Shown here: piece after piece, positions 10,235 to 20,000 of the stretch
Position numbering within the stretch: the stretch's first letter is position 1
Layout: each line of letters begins with the position of its first letter
Source of the DNA: Batkoa obscura
Taxonomy: Eukaryota
Assembly: GCA_030770535.1 (NCBI GenBank)
Contig: JASVEC010000017.1
Coordinates: forward strand, 1,052,158 to 1,072,157
Direction: 5' to 3'
DNA: 20,000 nucleotides
Position numbers and translations under genes: made by a program
The notes under the pieces: generated by a model
The model's input: the letters and a program-made list of their open reading frames with translations, nothing else
The model's database searches: none
What the model was told of the DNA's origin: nothing

Positions 10235-12056
10235 ACATAATATCTCTCTGCTTATTTAGTTTTTTACCCAATTTACGGTTTTTTATAGTTATGTATTTTA
10301 GTGACTTTAATTATTTTAAAAAATGGCGTACTAATTTCTGACTAGGATGTAGTTTAAAGTAAAATAATGTAATAGAATCTAAGGTAACACTATTTAATTA
10401 ATAAGTATTATTTTCTATCTTTCTATTGGAAAATTACATGTTGTCATGTAATATTCTAGATTTAGTGAAGTATAGTAATTTTGCTATTTTTGCTATATAC
10501 ATTATATTTAGATCTTCAGTGCAATATGATTCTAAATACTTTAATTAAATAAAAACAAACAAAGCAAGGAATATATATAAATTGTGACATAATAAAAGGG
10601 CTTGATTCGCATAAAAAACCAGAACGTAATGTAAGCTTTATCTTTCTTATATGTTTGTAATAATGCTATAAAATTTATAACTCAGTTTATGTAAGTATGA
10701 GTATTTTTGAGAACATACATTGTTACAATAAGCAAAAATCAGAAGCTTATTAAACACAGGAGCTTAACTTTAAAAATTTGAAATGCACTGTTATCCGTAT
10801 AAATCAAGTTAATATTAATTGTTAATACCAATATCATCCGATGCCAGGTATAGTATAGTCATCCTTAATTTGAGTTTCATTTCAATGAAAAAGCTTTCAT
10901 TAAGGCACTAGTTTAACTAGACGTGCTCATCTGATGATAGTTTATACGAACAAAAACTATAACTAAGTATGATTAAGCTATAGCTTGAGTCTAGAATTAT
11001 ACATTTAGATCGAAAAGAGAATAAAAGCATCATATATTTAACCAACCAGTCTATAAAAATAAGATCATAAACGTCATAATTATGCATAGTGCTTTGATGA
11101 CGAGTTATAGAATGACACACTCTATTTTCGTTAGTAGTGAACCATATAAATAATGATATTAAATATAGCTTTTAAAAAAAAATCAAAGTAGAATTGCGGC
11201 AAAAAAATGTGCAAACTGATACTCTTCAAATAGATTCTAGTAGTTGATTTAATCTATCCCCTTAAGACAAACTCGACCAGTCAATGTTACTATGATATGT
11301 ATTAACTAATACTTTTGATAGGCGTTAGATAGATCCAACCTTTTAAGTATGTTAAGCTTTTGAAAAAAGTGATTTATCTATCCTTTCTTTCTTACTTTTC
11401 TTGTTAATAACTTTAAAAAAACCCAAAAGTATTTTCCGTAAGGCCTTAAACGAAAATCCTTTGGATGTTGATTACACCAATAGGTACGTAGGGGAGTATT
11501 ATTGGATATCAATCTAAGCAAGAGTATCCGAAATTGATTAAATTTTTTTTATAAATCATGAGTTGAATTTACTTTAATTTAATCAAATGTATTATTGGTA
11601 TTTTATAATGACTGTTTATATTATAACCATTATGTATAGTTTTTATATTGCTGTATTTACCTAGTCTTCTTCGGGCTTTGAAAGATACTTAGCTTTAATA
11701 TTACAAATATCAATCTTCAATCTTCGGTATAAGTTAGAAACGAAAATTTTCAAAATTTAAAACAGCTTAGTTATATTGAAAAAATTCATCAAAAGAGGGA
11801 CTAATAATTTATTTGAATGGGTATCAGTATATTTGGTGCGATTTAAACTAAGTATAATATATAAACAAACTGCCATAACGTTTTATGTGTAAAGTTTCAA
11901 ACCATTAGAGTATTACATTTTATATTTAATTCTACTGCTTTCGTATTGGTATGAAAGACATATGTTTTACATACTCTTTCATATCAATTGAAGGTATTTC
12001 AAGAATCATGGATTTAAAGTATAAACAACAGTATATATTCAACAGCTATTTTAAAT

Positions 12057-12787
12057 ATGTCAAAGAAAACAGCAAAAAAGAAAAAGAGGGGTTATATTCG
12101 CTTGGGACAAAAGAAAGGATTCATCTATATGGGGAGTCAAGGTATTCCTCATAAGCATATTCGAGATAAGTTTGGTATTGGTCGAAGCACTGTTAGTAAA
12201 ATAATAAGCCAGGAAAGATTTATTATTGACATGGCTACAAGTAAAGAAAGCCCAAATCTTCGAGAGGAAAGTATATTAAAAAACTAATTTCTATTATTAT
12301 ATACCAAGATAGAAGATGAAACAGAACAATTAATTTTAAATCAAGAGATTCATTATAAACATATATTAGGTAGCACTGATGAAGTAACAAAGGAGCTGAA
12401 TTTGGGACATTTGGCTATTAGCCCAAATTGGATGTATGATTTCTAAAAAAACATCTCCTAAGTAATAATTTATGCTTTAAAGAGATACTGAACTTGCCTT
12501 CCATTAATATATTTAAAAGTAACGTACTAAATGGGTATCAGTTGCATATTATCGATAAATATAGCTACTATAGCCTACCATCATTTTTTAATTTGTCAAC
12601 TAATACTGATGAAGCAAGTTTCAATAAGTTTAATATTAATGAAGTCTATTCAAATATTTTTAAAACATAGCTTACATATGCCCTTAATGAAAATGAGCTT
12701 GGAGCCGATATTGAAAATAGCATCTCCTTCCAAAGTTATTATGATTATGAGCTATACCGAGACCAAGGTATTATCTATATATATTAA
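12057..12787 (+). pseudogene. Divergent CENP-B-type HTH paralog C, disrupted
   Basis: KKKRGYIRLGQKKGFIYMGSQGIPHKHIRDKFGIGRSTVSKII aligns without gaps to the first HTH of paralog B. After TAA at 12285-12287 the frame continues (EVTKELNL...SPNWMYDF). A frameshift near 12443 gives LKKH...KSNVLNGYQL (compare GSNVPENFNL in B). A further stop lies at 12668-12670. The 3' end is approximate. Confidence 0.7.
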
Positions 12788-15700
12788 AATAGTGGCTTAA
12801 ATTTGTAATACTTATAACTTTGTTCAAAAAGCCCAAATCTGTATAAAGTGATTATTCAATTAAAAGGTATTAATAGCAGTCTAAGCATGAATATAAAGAT
12901 AGAATCTTAAAAAGGACAATGTAATAATGGTATAGGAGATTTCAATTAACATAATGTGATTTAAATAAATATACTTATATATGAGTGTTTTATTAATTTA
13001 AATATTATCTCAATTTTAATTTGAGCTTATAAATTATATTTATATCGTTATTTTAAGTACGTAAGTAATAGTGTTATAATAAGTTACTTCCCAGTATGCG
13101 CTTTAAAAAGTTTTATATATCTATCAAAAACTACTTTTTAAAGGCGACAAGCTTTTTTGAGGGTCCTAAATAAGACCTTCTCACATCATTCCCTTTTACT
13201 GGGATCATACTGGAAGCCTCCTCTAACTACTTTGATGTCTCACACCAGGCCCCAATCCTTTATTCCACTTTTTTAGATAAGTTTGTGCTACTAGATTCTG
13301 AGCTGATCTAATCAAAAATGCTGCTCCTTGCTAAATTAACACTCGCTTGCTCTCATCTTGCTTTATAGCAATCTTATTTTCTGACTTTGGCATTGTGTAT
13401 ATCTCTTTTTTTAGTAAAATCTATCCTTTGGGAAAACCCACCATACCTATCTTATCTTTTCACCTAAAGACCTGAGCGAAGATCTACCATCATCTCACTT
13501 ATTTACAATAAGATGGATTTCCCGAGTTGGTGAAGTTTTTTAGACAATTAAGATATTGTGCATTAAAAACTTTGATGTTAACGGTTTTCCAAATACCCGC
13601 TTGACCTGTATCAGATTGTTATTTGGGTTTTACTTTATAAAGCATTTACCTTTCAGGCTTGAGCTTTCAAAAAAGGCTTTATCCTAATATTTGGAATCTT
13701 GTAAAGAGAAATCCATTGCTTGTGTAATTACTAGACGATTCTGATGTTAAATATTATATACATAAATATCTTTATTATATTTTAGCTCATACTTTGCTTA
13801 TAGAAGCATACAAAGCTTTCATCGCTAAGAGGATGATTAAATCGCATTTAAAATAGCTGGCAAATTTATTCCTTAACTTGTACTTTATTATTTATAATAT
13901 AGTATATTATAATTTTTAATGATAGAAATATCATAAAGTTGTTTTTATAATCATTGTATAAATTAGTGCCATAAAATAAATTCATAAAGGAATAAAATCC
14001 TTTTAACTTTTTTATTTAACTTGTAGTTAGAACACCAGGGCTTATTTTTTTGGCATTTATATAGTAATAAAATTATAAAGTTGAAACAGTATATAAGAAA
14101 TTCGATTATATGATAAGATATAATGAATTTGAAGTAGTTTTTAAAAAACTATTCACCCTGGATTACTTTTCAAAGTATAGTCATAATCATGGATGCCAAA
14201 CTCTCACAGTCTAAGAAGGGTCTCGTTCACTTTTTGCCAACCTTAAGGATTTCTGGGGATTTTCCTATTTTCTTTTAATGGGGAGTATTTTCGATTTTTT
14301 GTTTATTCAAACAAAATTCACTGCTTTATTTTCTGATAAAATACGCTAGAAAAATATATAGTTATAACTTGTTTTGGTACATATATATTAAGCAGGATAT
14401 AAATAGAACGTATGATAACTTCTCATGTTATATATTTGGTCAGTAGCGCTGTTGAGAATAAAAACTACTTTAATTAAATTAAATTAATTCCGAGAATTTT
14501 AATCTAGAATGCTTAATATGTTTAAGATTCGCTTAATGAGTAAGAATAATAAACTAAAAAATTTTAAAGGTATTTCTGGTATTAGAAATTTACATATAAA
14601 TTATGTATTAGTATTGTATAGGCTTAGACAAGAATAATTAATAAGATAATCATATGTTAATTTTTTTTGTCATTGTACTTAATACAAGAACTATAGATTC
14701 TGCGATTATAATACAATAATTTAATTATGCTTTGTCAAAGTTTTAGTATGAACAACAGCAAAATTACCTATACATCATTCTAGGAAAATGAAATGAACGA
14801 CTTTATAAAAAATTTATACTATTTAAAGTTAATGTATCAACAATGCATTTGGATATCGTGACATGTTTGATGAATTCATTAACAATCTCATTTACACATT
14901 GAATGTTTATAAGATGTATTTTAAAGGAGAACTATAAATAAACTATTCGGATATTAATTTTTTGCTATAAATCTAAATAAAGTTTCCATAACGTAGAACG
15001 CTGTAATAAAAAATCACAAGGCAAAAAAAGCTTTAAAGCATCCATAAGGATACTATCAGTAATTTAACATTTGCCACAATCAATTGTCCTTTCTCTAGGG
15101 TAAGTTTTAAATTTGGTTTTTATTTTATAGCGTACGAATATTGTGCTATTTGTAACTTATGTTTCATAAATATGAAAAAGGCAAAAGACCTAAAAGAACA
15201 ATATGAAATTCAATCATTTACGGATTGATGCGCAAATTTTTGCTACACAAAATTTAGTTTATTTTAGTCTAGACTACCAAGATTTGTTATATTAGGCAAC
15301 TAACTTTTAAATTTGAAAAAATTCAGTTTATTAGATCAATAATTCAACATAATAGTGAATTTATTTTACTATAAATAAAATACAAAAAATATTTCTCTAA
15401 ACTAAATATAGCCCCATTAATAATGGTGTTTATCTTTTCTATCATCTTTTTTGCAATTTGTAACATTTGCCAAAAAATAAAATATAATTAATTGACAATA
15501 GTTGTATTATTCAGCTTATTTTTCAATATAATTGATATAAAATATGAAGTTATCAATTGTTTTTCAGGTATAATATGACATTTTAAATTGTATTAAAATT
15601 AGAGTTATATCGCTAATTTTAATACGTTGTTGCTCTAAACTAAAAAGCTTTATTACAATCAGCCCTTAAGTTCCCATTTATAAAGTATAAATATATTTCT

Positions 15701-16387
15701 ATTATCTTTTTAAGAACTATTAATAGCATAGTATATATCATATGTTACGTTATCCTATTTAAAATTACCAAAATAAATCTATTTCTTATTTTGGTATAGC
15801 TTCACATGTTAAAATTTTTTTTGATTAAGCATCCTTCAACAAAAACCAGATAGATTTTGATAAATATTTAACTTACAGTCGAGCTGGAAAATATTAGCGC
15901 ATATTGCTACTTTTATCGTAAGTTAAAAACTAACTGTCTTTCTGAAGTCAAACTTTTATTATTACATTAAGAAAAAGTTTGTCCGTACATTTTACTTTAA
16001 ATTAGTGCATTTTTTGAATGATTGATGGTATTTAAGCTGTCCATTGTTTCTTTTTCTTTGTCGTTGTATAATATTAGTAGTCTTGCACATTAAATAGTAA
16101 CATTTTAAATAGCTTAGGTATCATTAATCAATCAAAAGATACATCAATTGACAGTAAAGCATGTAAATAAACTATTTAAAAAAGAGACAAATTGTTGTTA
16201 ATTTTATAAATAAGAGTTCGACTTCAAAGGACAATTGGTTTTAGAAACTACAAAAAATTGTCAACATATGTCAATAATTTCTGTCTTGACTGTATATCTT
16301 TTGATTTGAAACCATTATATTTACATATATATAAGATACTTGATATCATTCAATAGACAAAGATTCTAAAACAAGGTCAGTATAAAT

Positions 16388-16485
16388 GGGGGTGTTTTTT
16401 TGGCTTCATTAATTTTTTCATTTTTTAAGCGCTATTTGAGTGGAAAGATTGCTAGTAAAATTCTTAAACACAAAAATACATCCCC
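16388..16485 (+). mobile_element. ~98-bp MITE, copy 3
   Basis: GGGGGTGTTTTTTT...AAAAATACATCCCC, flanked by a direct AAAT repeat (16384-16387, 16486-16489). The first 8 bp are identical to the TIR of the large element. Confidence 0.9.
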
Positions 16486-17602
16486 AAATAGCCTCCTCTC
16501 TTTATCACATACATCTTAAATTTAGATAACTTGATTTTACAACTTTTATTTTTAGTTCAATTTATGTTTATAAATAAATATTATTTACCATTTATTCTCA
16601 GATCTCTTACAGTGTAATTTTTAATACATATTGTTTACTTTGATTCAAAACATCAAAATAGTGTCTTATTATAATACCATGATCTTAAAGTACTATTTAA
16701 TATACTGCTAAATTATTACTTTTATACACCTTATAAAGCCTATAGCAGTAATCAATGTTATTAGGAGGAAAACAATAATGGTAAACAAGCACGGAAATAA
16801 AAGCTATCCTTTAAATACGGTTCCATGTAAAATGAAATAAATAATGACCTTTTTAATATTTCTTGTTGGCATGTATATACTTTATTATTTAAAACTAACC
16901 CCCTAAGATAGAATTATCTTTTTAAAGAACATTGATTCCGCGTTTGATATAAATTGTATAGGTACTAAAATATCTGTGACCTATTTAAACTAGAATATAC
17001 TTTTTGTACTAGGTCATGTAGCTATAAAATGTATTCCAATATAACGACCAAATTTGATTTTTGGTTAATGGTACTTTGCTCTACCGTTTTTTGATAAAGC
17101 ATAGGCTTTCAAATATAACATTTTTTATAATTACACATATAATCAGTTATTATTATTTTTTTTTTGCTTTTTTATTTATAATTACAAATAACCAATTCTC
17201 AAAATCCTTATTGGTAGCGCTAGCAGTGCAAATTATTAATGGTTATTTTAAATATAGCAAAAGCCAAGTTATACTGTATATTAAAATAGATATTATATAA
17301 TTTTGGTAAATTAATTGGGGATATTGCTATTTTTAGTATTTACACAAGACTCTTAAACAAATACATAAAAGATACCAGAGCGAAATTCAAATACTAAGCT
17401 TATTAAATAAGGTTTGTTAAAGAAAAGTTTTATTCATTACATATGCAATAAAAATAAGTACATATTCGCTTCAAATTATGTTCTGGATTTAAACCAAATC
17501 TGTCATTGAATAAGAATAGGAAAAATAGAGTAGATATATAAAGGAAAATATACCCAACACGCTAAATTTTATAACAAATAACCACGTCAAACTAAAAAAC
17601 CA

Positions 17603-18244
17603 ATGTCTTACAGGAAACCTAGAAAAGTATAAATTATGCATACGAAAAAAAAAGATAATCGAGCTAGCGGATACGGGCTTAAGTCATTTGAGTATAAGCA
17701 AAATTTTTGAAGTTGGAAGGAGTACTTGTTACCAAAATTTTGCTAAGGAAGAATGTCATTTTAAGGAATGAAATATTGATTGTGATCCACGTAAGTGTTT
17801 AAAGGATAGCACTAAACTAAATGAAAATTATGAAGGAAAATTAAATAAATGGTGTACAGTTGGTATCAAATAGATTCGATTGGACTACCTTTTATAAAAG
17901 AAGGAATTACGACCGATGATATACTTACTAAAGCAAATGAACTCATGAATGGGTTAAAACTCACAAACTTTACTCCGATACAAAATGGATTACTAGGTTT
18001 TGTAGGAAATACAAACTTAAGAAAAACAACCCTAATAAAAATAAAGTTTTTATTAGTTAAGAGTAATGTACCAGAAGGCTATGTTTTATACGACAATCCT
18101 AATGAAACCATATCTATTGCTAATCAATATTCACAAGATTTAGTTATGATATATTTTTCTAGCTTTAATAACATAAACCAAAACATGCCATGTTATCCAG
18201 ATTCTTACCTTTGCTTGTCTAAACAGTTCTCCGCTTTCAGATAA
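17603..18244 (+). pseudogene. CENP-B-type HTH paralog D, with a stop codon and several frameshifts
   Basis: Reconstructed across frames: MSYRKPRKV*IMHTKKK / IIELADTGLSHLSISKIFEVGRST / VTKILLRKNVILRNEIL / CDPRKCL...KWCT / ...ITTDDILTKANEL / KWITRFCRKYKLKK / SNVPEGY. The track ORF 17849-18244 is a frame-mixed part of this. Confidence 0.88.
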
Positions 18245-18359
18245 TTTTTATTATACTTTTTAAATTAATGTTCAATTTTAACTTTATAATAAAATTGGTC
18301 AAAACTATTTACCATCTTCCAATAGAACCTTCTATTATTTAGTTCCAAATTTACTAAAT

Positions 18360-18715
18360 TTAAAAAATACTTTTTTTGGTATTTTTAGGTTCTTGGATAA
18401 AAGCTAATTTTTTTAGAATTTGTGGGGGGATGTGTCCATTGTATGACTTATTATTTTTAGAGGGAGAAATAAGAGATAAAGTAATACAGGCAGCTGTAAG
18501 GAGATAAATAAGAAGAGAGTGAATATACAAAAGACAAAGGATTGAGTTCTTTTGTGTCAATTTTTGAGAGGGTAAGAAGAAAACTATCCCACCTTTATGT
18601 TCCAATTTATATAAGTTCGTCCGTACATGTAATAAAGAAACAGCGGAGAATAGATTGATAAAGAGTTATTAGTAAAAATTCCGAAATAACAAAAAATCAT
18701 AACCCAAGACCAGTC
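18360..18715 (-). pseudogene. Possible decayed APE-type endonuclease fragment of a non-LTR retrotransposon
   Basis: Strongly strand-skewed, GC-richer tract. The minus strand gives DF-VISE (needs a frameshift), KGGIVFFL and GHIPP, in the order expected for the APE motifs DIxxxxET, GGVAI and YxPP. Confidence 0.3.
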
Positions 18716-19989
18716 ATAATAATGAAGAATTACTGGTAAGAGAGGAAAGGGAAAGAAGGGTAAAAAGGATCCCTTAATTGAGAAGAAAAGGAGGGAAGCG
18801 AATTTGCTTTACCTTTGCAAAAGCCCATTCTTTTATTACTTTATTATATTAATAATTTATATAAGCCTCTATAACTATTATCTGTACTATTTTTATACCC
18901 TTATTAACTATATATGTGTATCAAATTCAAATAAATATCCTTATTTTATCTAGAAAATGAGGAATTTAATTTATTCTAGTTTTAACTAAAATTTTGAATG
19001 CGTAGGACTTTGTTACAAGGTACACCATTAAGTATAATTATGTTGATATAGTTATGTACAAGTTTTTGCTTTTAAAAAGCTTTAAAAATATATTAATGCG
19101 TGTGTTATAACTACTCTAAAAAAATAAAGGATTGAAAAATATTAAGGTAATAAAAACAGGAGCTTTATTATCAAATGTAGGAAAAACAATTAGTTCCACA
19201 AAATATATAGCAATATATTTAAAAAACGATTTTTACTATAACGGTAAATATTAAAATTTGATTAATTACAAAACTAAAATAATTAATTTGAAGTGTGTAA
19301 AAAAAACAGTATTCTGATATCAAACTTGTATTAAGGATTTTTATTAATTGTGTCAACCATTTATAAATAAATACAATAATCCAATGCTTGGCAAAAAAAA
19401 TTCATCGATTTTACAAAAACTAATATTAATTGTTCTATACTATTTTTAGTAATAAAAAAAGTTATAGTTTAGTTAGTTTAAAAGCTCGGTTCAAATTTGC
19501 CAATTTTGTTTTTAGTGGAAATTGCAAATTAACAGAGCTCTATAAAATATATGCTTTTGTTTAGTTTTAATTACTTATATTGGAACAATTTTAATCCGAT
19601 ATTAACTGTTATTTTTTCGAAATTTTTATGTTACATAGAAGATGGACAAAAAAATAAAATGATTATTTTTTTTAAAATTTTAACCAAACTTCTAAGCATT
19701 TATTTCATAAAATAACGTCGTTGAGTGATTTTGATATATTTATTTTATTATCAATTAACTTAAAAGTACTGAAATCCTTTTAGGTTTAAGGAATATTAGT
19801 ATTTTGATATCTTATTTTAGTCAAAATGATATAAATTTATTTTCTATTCTAGTTTAAATTAAAGCAGTTGTATTATTTTATTTGAAGTAGTAACACTGAT
19901 GTAATTTAAACATCGCTTTGTTTTTACGTTGATACATTGATGCTTGATTTATACAGATTAAAAGATTACTTAATATACTAATAATATAT

Positions 19990-20000
19990 AGGGATATATT
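19990..20000. mobile_element. Possible terminus of a fourth MITE copy, cut by the window edge
   Basis: ATAT followed by AGGGATATATT resembles the MITE end GGGGATGTATT with two G>A changes. Only 11 bp are visible. Confidence 0.25.

Noticed and set aside
10917..11120. 67-aa minus-strand ORF (likewise 17061-17300)
   Set aside because: Short, non-ATG starts, compositionally biased and without recognisable motifs.
11951..12154. 67-aa ORF (likewise 12531-12800)
   Set aside because: Off-frame overlaps of pseudogene C; the homology lies in other frames.
14276..14300. GGGGAGTATTTT resembling a MITE end
   Set aside because: No matching body or opposite terminus.

Overview
Very AT-rich, gene-sparse, apparently intron-free eukaryotic DNA; a microsporidian or fungal host is a guess, not something the sequence shows. 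(1) A complete 2,861-bp cut-and-paste DNA transposon (312-3172) has perfect 22-bp TIRs, ATAT on both flanks and a Sola2-like DDD transposase frame (925-2628) broken by one in-frame TGA just after the second catalytic Asp. Its left end is fused directly to an exact inverted copy of its own interior (1-311 is the reverse complement of 2032-2342). Both of its non-coding arms are rich in stem-loops containing G-U pairs. (2) Three copies of a ~98-bp MITE, possibly four, have related GRG..TGT ends and AWWT-type target duplications. (3) Four paralogous CENP-B/pogo-type HTH DNA-binding genes lack a DDE domain; two are intact (4094-4822 minus, 9560-10234 plus) and two are pseudogenes (12057-12787, 17603-18244). 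(4) There are two faint decayed coding relics. All family assignments come from motifs recognised by eye; no database search or folding program was run.
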